Part shown: in pieces, positions 18,835 to 27,391 of the stretch
Layout of the letters: each line of letters opens with the position of its first letter
Numbering within the stretch: the stretch's first letter is position 1
Virus record (IMG/VR): IMGVR_UViG_3300003321_000657
Direction: 5' to 3' (one strand)
Source: an uncultured virus (IMG/VR IMGVR_UViG_3300003321_000657)
Lineage: Duplodnaviria > Heunggongvirae > Uroviricota > Caudoviricetes
DNA length: 64,000 bases
The notes under the pieces: generated by a model
Database searches by the model: none
Told to the model about the DNA's origin: nothing
Seen by the model: only the letters and a program-made list of their open reading frames with translations
Translations under genes and position numbers: made by a program

Positions 18835-19851
18835 TTAGTGCGCCATCGCAGCCGGAATCTCGAATTCCTTCTTCACTTCTTCGACAGACTTCAGCGGCGC
18901 ACGAATGCGCTGGCCGCGGAAGGTGTTGAAAATCACGTTGGTCGAGGCCGACAGATCCGTGAACTGGAAGCGCAGGCGCTTACCGGCCGCAATCAACCAC
19001 GGCACGGCCAAGCGTTGCGGATTTTGCGCAGTGCCGATCGCCGCCGAGCGGTGCACCTGACCATTGGTCAGCGAGCGCTTGGTATCCGGGTCTAGCACAT
19101 TCACGAGATAGCTGGTCGATGTCTCGACCGACATCCAGTGCGTCAGCTCCAAGTGTCCATCGTCGCCAACGTCCACGTCCACTTCTGCGGTGCCGCTGGC
19201 GGGAACCGTGACCGATCCGCTCAAGCTACCGTCGTCCGAGCTCAACCAGAACGGGTAGATGTACTGACGGCGCAGGATCAGTTTCTGGATCAGATCCTGC
19301 AAGAGGCAACGATGCTCTTCATATCGCAGCAGTTGCGGGTCCCACGGATTGTACAGGCGTCCATTGAGATACATGCGAGCCGTGGTCGCTCCGCCGCTGA
19401 CCTTCGCGAACTGCGCGACCAGCGAATGCATCGACGGAATCAGCAGCGGTTCTGGGATGCGCGCGGCAAGCTGCGCCGTTCCAGCCAGATTGCGGATATG
19501 ACAAGGCACGTTCATGAACTGAGTCTTGTCGGCCAAATCCTGCAACTGACAGGTGAACGCGGCTGCCGCTGTTCCGTCTGTCGAGTCGGCGAAGGTGATG
19601 CTATGTGCACGGAACGGAGTGCCAGCGCCCTGACCCAGATTCGAAGGAGAGGCGAACGGGATCGTATAGCGCGTCGACACGCGGCCGCTGGCCGGGATCG
19701 AAAGCGCTCCGGACGTAAACGTCGGATCAAAGCCGAGCTGATAGGGGAAGATCGCCTTCTTCCAGAGCTTGGGCGTGAAGAAGCCAGTCTTCGGATCGTA
19801 GTCGACAAACTCGTCTACGAGGTTAGCGCCGACAAAGCTATCAAGGTTCAT
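18835..19851 (-). CDS. Tandem jelly-roll-like capsid protein paralog B
   Basis: FMNVPCHI..AGTAQ..PEPL and LTNGQVH..GTAQNP..VPW repeats. Confidence 0.55.
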   Translation of the reverse strand: MNLDSFVGANLVDEFVDYDPKTGFFTPKLWKKAIFPYQLGFDPTFTSGALSIPASGRVSTRYTIPFASPSNLGQGAGTPFRAHSITFADSTDGTAAAAFTCQLQDLADKTQFMNVPCHIRNLAGTAQLAARIPEPLLIPSMHSLVAQFAKVSGGATTARMYLNGRLYNPWDPQLLRYEEHRCLLQDLIQKLILRRQYIYPFWLSSDDGSLSGSVTVPASGTAEVDVDVGDDGHLELTHWMSVETSTSYLVNVLDPDTKRSLTNGQVHRSAAIGTAQNPQRLAVPWLIAAGKRLRFQFTDLSASTNVIFNTFRGQRIRAPLKSVEEVKKEFEIPAAMAH

Positions 19852-20270
19852 GCCGCCTCCCCATCGAAATTGACGACATTGATCGGCCTCGAAGGCGTAT
19901 CGACCATGACTGGCGCTCCCGGCTTTGGCAGGAGTGCGTCCACCTGCGCCTCCAGATCTGTTTGCGGCATGGGTGGCGGGACGATCTGGGACGGAGGCGG
20001 ATTCCACTGATGCTGGATCGTGTGAATCACCGTCGACGGACCGGATGGTCCCGCCATGTTTTCAACCGCTGCCAAGCGGCGCAGAATTTCTGCGTATGCG
20101 CGATCGTGCGCGCTCTGCGTGAGCTGCGCCTGCTGGTAGAGATACCAGACGTACTGGCGCAGTTGCGTGATCTGCATCGCCATCCTTGCGATCAGCCGAT
20201 CCTTCTGGGCTGGCGTCATGGCTCCGATGCGCGCCACGTTGGCGTTAAAGTTGTCAGACGTTAACAGCAT
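19848..20270 (-). CDS. Hypothetical coiled-coil protein
   Basis: In-operon ORF with an ATGA overlap to the next gene. Confidence 0.55.
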   Translation of the reverse strand: MLLTSDNFNANVARIGAMTPAQKDRLIARMAMQITQLRQYVWYLYQQAQLTQSAHDRAYAEILRRLAAVENMAGPSGPSTVIHTIQHQWNPPPSQIVPPPMPQTDLEAQVDALLPKPGAPVMVDTPSRPINVVNFDGEAA

Positions 20271-20279
20271 TACTCACTC

Positions 20280-20456
20280 CTACAGCTTCATCGGCGCGTC
20301 AGGCGGAATGGCTTGACGGTCGTACGGCATGGGTGGCGGAGGCGGTGGGTTAGGCGGCGGCACTTTGCTGGCCAACGCCGGTTTTTCCAAAACGTTTTTG
20401 TAAACGATGTAGCCAACCACCGCGTACAAGACCCACGTCACCCACTTCTTCTTCAT
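20280..20456 (-). CDS. Small membrane protein, Pro-rich tail
   Basis: MKKKWVTWVLYAVVGYIVYK; TAATG overlap with the upstream gene. Confidence 0.6.
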   Translation of the reverse strand: MKKKWVTWVLYAVVGYIVYKNVLEKPALASKVPPPNPPPPPPMPYDRQAIPPDAPMKL

Positions 20457-20674
20457 TACTGATCTCCGCCGAACTTCTGGACGGTCGAAGCGTTCACGCC
20501 GCCCGTGTAGCCGGGATTGGGTCCGGCTGCCGGGTAGGCTCCTCCCGGGTACATCTGCGGCATGGTGCGCGGAGCTGCGAAAGCCTGCTTCTTGAAGAAG
20601 TGCTGATAGACCAGATAGCCGCCCACGGCCAGCCCGGCGTACATCAGCGCCTTTGACAGCGTTTTCTTTTTCAT
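20456..20674 (-). CDS. Small membrane protein
   Basis: MKKK + TM + GYLVYQ. Confidence 0.6.
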   Translation of the reverse strand: MKKKTLSKALMYAGLAVGGYLVYQHFFKKQAFAAPRTMPQMYPGGAYPAAGPNPGYTGGVNASTVQKFGGDQ

Positions 20675-20677
20675 GAC

Positions 20678-20875
20678 TTACAGTCCCTTCTTTGAGATCC
20701 AGTACGCCGCGCCGCCAATGAGCGCGAGCTGCCACAGCTTCAAGCCGAAGATCTTCTTGCCCGGATTGCGCCGGTACTTACAGATGCCGCAGTTACGGCG
20801 CGTCCTCCGCCCCTTGCGGCGTCCGTACCTGACCTTTCGTCCGCGTCTCCTCATACGTCGAATTCTCCTTCCCAT
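20678..20875 (-). CDS. Arg-rich protein with C-terminal TM
   Basis: Poly-Arg N-terminus, RRNP motif, TM. Confidence 0.65.
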   Translation of the reverse strand: MGRRIRRMRRRGRKVRYGRRKGRRTRRNCGICKYRRNPGKKIFGLKLWQLALIGGAAYWISKKGL

Positions 20876-20879
20876 GGAT

Positions 20880-22127
20880 TCACCGGTAGATCTCCGACTG
20901 GTACACCTGCGGCTTGGTCGCTTCGTAAATCTTGCGCGCCTCGTTCAGGATGTCGCGATCGAGAATCGCGCTGCCGGTGTGAGTGATCGCCACGCCGCCA
21001 AAGGTCATGAACGCGTCCGTCGTCTGATCCGTGATCAGGTTGGTCAATTTGATGCGCAGGTTATTGCGCGGGTGAAGTACGATCGGGTACTCCAGCCAGT
21101 ACGGATTTTGGGCGGTTCCAAAACCAGTGTTCATCGTCACTGGCGTGTTCTGGTAGGCGCGGCCGGTCATGCCGTCGTAAAACTCGGCTGCAAATTTCTC
21201 GGTCGTGTCGCCAGCGGCGCCGGTCGATGTCGCGTGTCCAAAACGCGTGAAGAGGAAGAGCGTCTGATCTCCCGTATTGGTCATGAAGGCGTCGCCCTGA
21301 CCACCAGCGGCCAGCGTGACCTTCGGCTGAGCTGGCGGGAGAGGTACGTCGAGCGTCATCCAGTACGGAGACACCAGCGTCTTGCGTTTGAGCAGCTCCT
21401 GAATGCGCGCGGCCACGGCCACATTATCCAGCGCCTCACGCTGCCACTTGCGCGCCTCGATCGAGATCCCCATCGATCCCGGGCTGGACGTATTCCAGTT
21501 GAAGAACTCGAAGGACAAGTTCTGGTTGCGGCGCATGAACAGGCTTTCGCAGAACTGTCCCGGCTTCTGATTGTCGCCGATGAGATGCAGAACCGGCACC
21601 GGCCCATTCATGAGGTAGCGCTGATAGGCCATGTCTCGGATCTGGCAGGTCATGCGGTTTGAGACGTCGGTGACAGTCGGCGTCAAGCAGACGTAGTTGA
21701 CGTTGGTCACGTCCGCGCCACCGTTGACGGCGCAGGTGGCGTGCGTGTCGTCTGTAATTCCATTGATGGTCAGTGTCGCATTGGCTTCAACGATCGTGCT
21801 GCCGATGGTGAGCTGCGTGAGGAATTTGGTTCCTACGCCGGTAATCGCCGTACCGACAGTGGAGATGGTGCCCATGCCGTAGTTGCTGAGCCCCTGTGCG
21901 CCGGTCAGGAAGTGGAATTCACTCTCCGAGTCCTGTGGACCTTCGACCGGCGTGGGTACGCTGCGGCCGGGATTGGTCGAAGACGTGGCCTTCGGCACCA
22001 TGATCACGCCGTTATTCTGCGACGGAACCACGATGCAGCCTTTGACGCTGCGGCGGAGTGAATTCAAATAGGTCTGCTTGGCGCCGGTCTTGGGATCTGT
22101 CTTTTCGACAAAGGTTGGAAGGGGCAT
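20880..22127 (-). CDS. Tandem jelly-roll-like capsid protein paralog A with inserted domain
   Basis: LMNGPV..GDNQKP and YQNTPV..GTAQNPYWLEYP repeats; extra GTISTVGTAITGVGTKF domain. Confidence 0.55.
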   Translation of the reverse strand: MPLPTFVEKTDPKTGAKQTYLNSLRRSVKGCIVVPSQNNGVIMVPKATSSTNPGRSVPTPVEGPQDSESEFHFLTGAQGLSNYGMGTISTVGTAITGVGTKFLTQLTIGSTIVEANATLTINGITDDTHATCAVNGGADVTNVNYVCLTPTVTDVSNRMTCQIRDMAYQRYLMNGPVPVLHLIGDNQKPGQFCESLFMRRNQNLSFEFFNWNTSSPGSMGISIEARKWQREALDNVAVAARIQELLKRKTLVSPYWMTLDVPLPPAQPKVTLAAGGQGDAFMTNTGDQTLFLFTRFGHATSTGAAGDTTEKFAAEFYDGMTGRAYQNTPVTMNTGFGTAQNPYWLEYPIVLHPRNNLRIKLTNLITDQTTDAFMTFGGVAITHTGSAILDRDILNEARKIYEATKPQVYQSEIYR

Positions 22128-22212
22128 TTTTAGACTCCACTACGCCAACGGGATCGTACCGGGCGCCCACACTGTGGAGTCGTCTCAACTGAGATCGAAC
22201 ATCCACGCCAAA

Positions 22213-23256
22213 TTACACAACGTCTACGTCGTTCTTCTTCTCCGTCTTGAAGCGAGCATTCAGTTCATCAAGGCGCTTGCGGAAGTCAGCGCGCTCAGTC
22301 GATGAAACTTTCAAAGCGTCAAGCATGAGCTGGCATTGCTCGTGCTTCGATTTCATGTATGGCAAGATTCCGGCGAAAATCTGTGGCGTGTACTCTTGAT
22401 CCTCGAAACGTAAGGAACCTTCGAGAGACCACTTGTTCTCTCTCGATCTAAACTTCAGCGTACCGCCAAAGCACTCGTACATGTACTCTAGCGCCTCTCG
22501 CTTAGTGCTGAATATCAATAACCACGGGTAATAATACGTCGTGTCTTTCCAGTACTGCGGCTGCAATTGGAATGTCGAATCTCCGTCCGCCCAGCCAGCC
22601 ATGTAGGCCCAATCAACAGACTTCACGCTTCGAAGATCTCTCTTCGCGCCAGCCGGTGGGCGATGATTTGGAACCGGTTGACATCGCTGGTTAATCTTGA
22701 CGATTCTCTCGCGCAGCGGAGCGCGATCTGGAATCGCCAGATCAATCGCTTTAAGGACGAGTTCGCATTGCTCCTTTTTGATCTTGAGATAAGTCGCAAT
22801 TTTCGAGCAGATATTTTTCACGTTACTCTGCGACTCAAAGAACAGTGCTTTTTCGATGCAATTTTCCCGCTTCTTTCGCTTAACATCAAAGAGACGACCG
22901 CCAAATCTAGTGTGAACAAACTCAAGCAAAGTGCGATCGTTGTTGTAAATCTGAAGTCGACTGGTGTGATGGCTGTTGGCATTGCAGATCGTAATGGAGC
23001 CCTCGGCGTCAACCAGCCCCGCAATGTACGCCAACTCCGTTTCTGGAATAGAATCGGCCGAAATATTGGCTTCGTGCTTCTTGACAAAGCCAATCGTTGG
23101 CGGGACTGGTATCCCTGCCGTCCGCAAAGATCGAACTCTTGAACGACACAGCTTGCACTCCCACGCAAATCCGCGTGGAATGTTGGCTGATCGATGAAAC
23201 TCGGACGACGGCTTTTTGTCCTTACAGCGGGAGCATTGCAAGATCAAAACGCTCAT
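22213..23256 (-). CDS. Free-standing double-motif LAGLIDADG homing endonuclease with N-terminal Zn finger
   Basis: ELAYIAGLVDAEGS and DWAYMAGWADGDS; CSRC..CKLC; AGGAGG SD before ATG 23256. Confidence 0.9.
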   Translation of the reverse strand: MSVLILQCSRCKDKKPSSEFHRSANIPRGFAWECKLCRSRVRSLRTAGIPVPPTIGFVKKHEANISADSIPETELAYIAGLVDAEGSITICNANSHHTSRLQIYNNDRTLLEFVHTRFGGRLFDVKRKKRENCIEKALFFESQSNVKNICSKIATYLKIKKEQCELVLKAIDLAIPDRAPLRERIVKINQRCQPVPNHRPPAGAKRDLRSVKSVDWAYMAGWADGDSTFQLQPQYWKDTTYYYPWLLIFSTKREALEYMYECFGGTLKFRSRENKWSLEGSLRFEDQEYTPQIFAGILPYMKSKHEQCQLMLDALKVSSTERADFRKRLDELNARFKTEKKNDVDVV

Positions 23257-23357
23257 GACAAGTCCTCCTAAGATTCCAATGAGAGGAACCTTATAGGACT
23301 CAACCACTGTAGTCAACCAATTTCTCACTGTTCTCTCACATTTTACTTTTTAATGGG

Positions 23358-23381
23358 ACCGGGGAGGTTTCCCTCCCCGGT
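23358..23381 (-). terminator. 10-bp GC hairpin with GAAA loop downstream of the capsid gene
   Basis: accggggagg/cctccccggt. There is no clear U tract on the minus strand, so it may stabilise the RNA rather than terminate it. Confidence 0.45.
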
Positions 23382-23400
23382 TTGCATCGACATTTTTGTG

Positions 23401-24419
23401 TTACAATGGACTCCACTGCCGAAGTCCTTTGTTACTCAGCACTTACAGTGCCGGGGGTGGTCATTTCTGCCACCCTCTGCATGTTCTTTTTTTTCATGCA
23501 GACCAGACTATCGCACATCCCGTTTCCGGGACCCTCGGAATTTAGTCGTTCAGCCTGAGCGTTGAGTTGTATCTTCGTCTTCCTCATCGTTCTTGGCCCT
23601 TATTGGCATCTCAGCGTCTAAGTCAATTATCCAAGGTTTTTAAAGGCGGTTTGGCTATTGTTATGCCGCCTTGGCCCACAGTTTCTTCGCATTGCTCATG
23701 CGAATCACCCGGCTCTCATTCCGGGAGTCTAGGCCGACGAGGATGAACGCGATCATGTACGCCGCGGGCGACGCGGGGGTGAAGCCGAAGCTCGAACCCA
23801 GCGTGGTGGGCGTACCGGCGTTGCTGTTCGCGACCGCCACCGGCCACGTGATCTTGGCGTTGAACGCTTCGCCCGGCTTGATCTTCAGCGCGGCGCGGCC
23901 CAGATTGAACTTGTAGATGTTCGAGGGCAGCGGCATGCCGTTGGTGCCGAACGCCTGTTTGCCTGAGTCGCCAGCGCCAGCGGCGACCGTCGAGCTCACC
24001 GCGCCGGTCGGGCCGATTCCCTGCGGGAAGCGATGGAGCTGACAGGTCAGGTACGGGCGACGACCGCTGAACGTAAACTGCACGTACGCGCGGCGCAGGA
24101 TCGCCACCAAACTCTGCATCCCGATCATCGTGTCGAAGACGATGTTGAAGCCGAGGATGCTGAACTCGCGCGGGTAGTCGAGCATCGACGCCTGCGTGAG
24201 ATTGGTGAAGTCGAAATCCTTCGTCGTGGCGACGTTCGCCGTCGACTGCGAAATCGGCCGCTGGAAGTACGTCAGCGACGTCGGAGACGACGTGAAGTCG
24301 AAGTTCTCCGTGTCGTAGATCGGTTCCTGCAAGGGCCGGAGGTACGCCCGATCCAGCGGCGAGTTGATCGCCAGAGGATACGGGTTGGGAATCCCGGTGC
24401 CGGGAGCGCCTGCTAACAT
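23401..24419 (-). CDS. Putative major capsid protein (single jelly-roll-like), spliced: exons 24419..23731 and 23419..23401
   Basis: QEPIYDT..YFQ..TNL..L motif, beta-rich, strong codon bias, AGGAG SD. The spliced product is 235 aa ending LVGLQWSPL. Confidence 0.6.
23420..23730 (-). ncRNA. Group I intron (311 nt, no ORF)
   Basis: 5' splice site after U and terminal G. P7 GACUA/UAGUC, P3 CCUUGGA/UCCGAGG, P8 and P9 hairpins, and a P10-like GACUCC/GGAGUC pairing with exon 2. Splicing restores the frame. Confidence 0.82.
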
Positions 24420-24518
24420 GGGTGTTTCTCCTTTTCTCGCGCGCTATGACCGGAGCCACATGGTCCGCATAGTTCACGCAGTTGCCAAAGACGCGCCCGC
24501 CAAGACAGTCCTTTGCAA

Positions 24519-25097
24519 CTACATCGTCAGTTCTTCACCGACAATCTCGCCGACGCCGACGACGTGCCGCATGTCGCCGACATCCATGAAGTCGCCGACG
24601 CCGTGAGTGCCCACGGTCCGGCGCAGGTCATTGGGGTCGAGGAAGTCGTTCATGCCCGCCATAAGCTGCGGAGCATTGGTGATGGTCATCGGATTGGCGA
24701 AGTCGCCCATGCCGCTCAGAATCGCGGCCTGCGATCCCGCCAATTCGTCCTGCAAGTCGTAATCGGCCAGACCCTTCAGACCGGTCTTGATGCTCGGGAA
24801 GAACTCGCCGAGACCCTCGGTCACGCCGGAAATCATGCCGCCGACGAACAGTTCGTTGGCGCGCGAAGGCAGCACCTTCTTGCCCAGCATGCCGACCAGA
24901 CCGGCGCTCAGGAGCGTCGTTCCGACCTTGGCGAACTTGTTCGAGCCGAGCACCGGCAGCATGGACTGCGCCTTGCCGGAGATCAGCGAGGTCAGGAAGC
25001 TGCCAGCCACGATCGTGGCCGTGCTCTTGACGACGTTGAGATGAAAGCCGCGAGTCGCTGCCTGCGGCAACTTACCGAGAGTTCCTGCGATGTTCAT
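24519..25097 (-). CDS. Putative major virion membrane protein
   Basis: Gly-rich hydrophobic helices followed by repeated LKGLAD / LSGMGD / MAGMND / HGVGD. Confidence 0.65.
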   Translation of the reverse strand: MNIAGTLGKLPQAATRGFHLNVVKSTATIVAGSFLTSLISGKAQSMLPVLGSNKFAKVGTTLLSAGLVGMLGKKVLPSRANELFVGGMISGVTEGLGEFFPSIKTGLKGLADYDLQDELAGSQAAILSGMGDFANPMTITNAPQLMAGMNDFLDPNDLRRTVGTHGVGDFMDVGDMRHVVGVGEIVGEELTM

Positions 25098-25159
25098 TGT
25101 TGTTCTCCTCAAATTGCCGCGGACAGACCGCCTTCAGACGGCCCTGATCCCGTTGGTTT

Positions 25160-26122
25160 TCAGAACGCCGATACGTCGTAGTCGTGAAGGGCATTGGACA
25201 CTGCCGCCGATTCCGCTACCTGCGCGGGAGCGACGGGGAACGGATACTGCTGGGTCGGACCGGACGGGACCGCGCCCTGAATCTGCGGAGCGATCGCGAA
25301 GTCGCCGATGCCTTCGAGCTGGCTGCCGGAGAACTCGAATCCGTTGTCGAAGGTGTAGCCCAGACCGCTCAGGTTCAGCGCCTTCTTGACCACGCCGTTG
25401 AACGGATCGGAGAGCGCTTCGACCATGCCGCCGATGAACATGCTCTGGCCGATGCCCGGCGAAACGGCTCCACCGATCGCTCCGACGATGCCAGCGCTGG
25501 CGATCCCGGCAGCGATGCCCGGAATGCCTGAGCCCAGCATCGGCACCTTCCGCGCGACGAAGCTGCGCAGGATGCCGTTGGCGATGGCGCCACCGATGAT
25601 CGGCAGGACGCCCGTGATGTTCTTGGGCCGGAAGCCAGCCGTGAGACCAGCCGCTGCCGACGCATTGTGGCGGTAACGCATGTGTTTTCTCCTTCCGGGG
25701 TTCATGAAAGCCAGATCGGCCAATTTGTCTTGGCGCGCACTGGCATACGATTGCTCTGCGGCTAAGCGCCGCGCTCGATTGGCGTCGCGTTCCGCCTTAC
25801 TCGCCGCCCGGCGTTTGCCTGCGGCAATTCTCGAAGACACGCGGCGCAACCGGCGCTCGGCGTGACGCTGACGGCTGGTGCCGCTCGCGCCCCAGAGGCT
25901 CTGGAGCGCTGAGCTGAACTGGCTGGCCAAGCTCTTGGCTCGGCGGCGATGGGAACGGACCCGGCGATGAGAGCGCCGCATCAACCGGCGCGCCAGCGCG
26001 CGATACTTCTTGCGCCGGGAGCTCTTGCGCCAGCGGCCGCGAAGACCATGAGCGCGGCAGGTGCGGGCGATGCCGCCACCATGGTATTTCCGTCTGCGTG
26101 GAGGGTTGAACATGGGAATCAC
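25160..26122 (-). CDS. Arg-rich domain fused to a membrane domain paralogous to 24519..25097
   Basis: Basic N-terminal half with NP motifs; the C-terminal half aligns with the neighbour; internal AAGGAG-ATG at 25681. Confidence 0.65.
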   Translation of the reverse strand: MIPMFNPPRRRKYHGGGIARTCRAHGLRGRWRKSSRRKKYRALARRLMRRSHRRVRSHRRRAKSLASQFSSALQSLWGASGTSRQRHAERRLRRVSSRIAAGKRRAASKAERDANRARRLAAEQSYASARQDKLADLAFMNPGRRKHMRYRHNASAAAGLTAGFRPKNITGVLPIIGGAIANGILRSFVARKVPMLGSGIPGIAAGIASAGIVGAIGGAVSPGIGQSMFIGGMVEALSDPFNGVVKKALNLSGLGYTFDNGFEFSGSQLEGIGDFAIAPQIQGAVPSGPTQQYPFPVAPAQVAESAAVSNALHDYDVSAF

Positions 26123-26126
26123 GCGC

Positions 26127-26753
26127 TTACCTCCGTATCCAATCGGTCACGGAGTAAGTTCCGCGGCCGTAGACAAAATTTGAATTTCGATCGACCTTGC
26201 CGTTTCTGTCGGCGTAGATTAGCGGCGGCTTTCCACCCGCGTCTGTGTGCAGGTGCCGCCACATCGTGTTCGCCTTGTGAGACCCGGCCTTGTTGATCTC
26301 TTTGGTCGCGTAGTACCACGTTTCCGCTGCGCGACCGACCATCTTGAACGGCAACTGAATTTTTCGTTTCGACAGCAGGAGAATGCGTTTGCCCTTGGCG
26401 TCGCTGAAGGGTCTCCAGCTTCCCCGGAGCGTTTGCTTTCCACGCGCTGTCTTTAAAACCACCCGATCCGACTTCCCCATTCCGACCAGCGCGCCCAGCT
26501 TCAACCTCTTGAGCGCCTTGTCGTCGAACCACGAAATGCGGGTCGAGTGCGGGATCTTCCAGAACTTGCGGAACCGGCGTTCGGCCATCTTCCCGGATGC
26601 CGATCGAGTCGCCTTGCGCCGGTTCCGTATCGCTCGCATGGACGGTTTGCGCATGATTCGAGACATCGACGCTTTCGCATGCCGCCGATTGCGGCGACAT
26701 GCTTTGCGTCGTCTCGAAATTCGCGTAACCTTCCATCGTCGTTTCCTTCTCAC
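26127..26753 (-). CDS. Arg/Lys-rich putative DNA-binding core protein
   Basis: Very basic N-terminus followed by a globular C-terminal domain. Confidence 0.6.
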   Translation of the reverse strand: MRRKRRWKVTRISRRRKACRRNRRHAKASMSRIMRKPSMRAIRNRRKATRSASGKMAERRFRKFWKIPHSTRISWFDDKALKRLKLGALVGMGKSDRVVLKTARGKQTLRGSWRPFSDAKGKRILLLSKRKIQLPFKMVGRAAETWYYATKEINKAGSHKANTMWRHLHTDAGGKPPLIYADRNGKVDRNSNFVYGRGTYSVTDWIRR

Positions 26754-26769
26754 GGCAGCTCCCGCTGCT

Positions 26770-27030
26770 TCAGCGCATCTTCCGGGCGAACGCCCACGCG
26801 GCCTTGAAGCGCCGCTTGGGACTCATCCGCATCAGCGCGGCGCGGTGCTTGCGCCATACGGCCTTCATCAGGCCAGCGCTCTTGCGGAAACCAGCCGAAG
26901 GCTTCCGGCGACCGCCTGACTTGCGGCGGCGACCGCCACCCCGGCGCTTTCTGCCGAAGAGCTTCTTCTTGCCGATCTTCTTGCACACGAACACCGGGTT
27001 CCGGCGTCGGCGATGTCTGCGTCTGCGCAT
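26770..27030 (-). CDS. Protamine-like Arg-rich protein
   Basis: MRRRRHRRRRNP... Confidence 0.65.
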   Translation of the reverse strand: MRRRRHRRRRNPVFVCKKIGKKKLFGRKRRGGGRRRKSGGRRKPSAGFRKSAGLMKAVWRKHRAALMRMSPKRRFKAAWAFARKMR

Positions 27031-27070
27031 GGCTTTGTCCTTTCTGAAAACGTTTCCTAAAAACCACGCT

Positions 27071-27388
27071 TTACGCTGCGCGCCGATACGCACGACCGGC
27101 TGCCCGCATGCGGGCGCGGATGCCGCCCTTCTTATGGCGGCGCAGCCATTTCTTCATGAACGCGCGCCAGCCGCTGCGGCTGCCCTTGCGCCGACCGCTC
27201 TTGCGGCGACGGCCCTTGCCCTTGCGGCGCTTGCGGCGGTAGCTGCAAACCACCTTGTGGCGAACATGGCAGCGCAGGCGACCGCGCAGGCGGTAGCGGC
27301 GCTTGCCACGGCTGCGGTGAGCTTTCCGACGTCGTTTCATGGCTGTCTTCCTCCGTCTCGGATTCAACACTGTCACAATCTCGGGCAT
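27071..27388 (-). CDS. Protamine-like Arg-rich protein
   Basis: VLNPRRRK; Arg/Lys make up roughly half the residues. Confidence 0.65.
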   Translation of the reverse strand: MPEIVTVLNPRRRKTAMKRRRKAHRSRGKRRYRLRGRLRCHVRHKVVCSYRRKRRKGKGRRRKSGRRKGSRSGWRAFMKKWLRRHKKGGIRARMRAAGRAYRRAA

Positions 27389-27391
27389 GGC

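Noticed and set aside
23661..23730. ORF-track C-terminus of the capsid protein
   Set aside because: Codon style changes abruptly and the segment is the 5' part of a group I intron.
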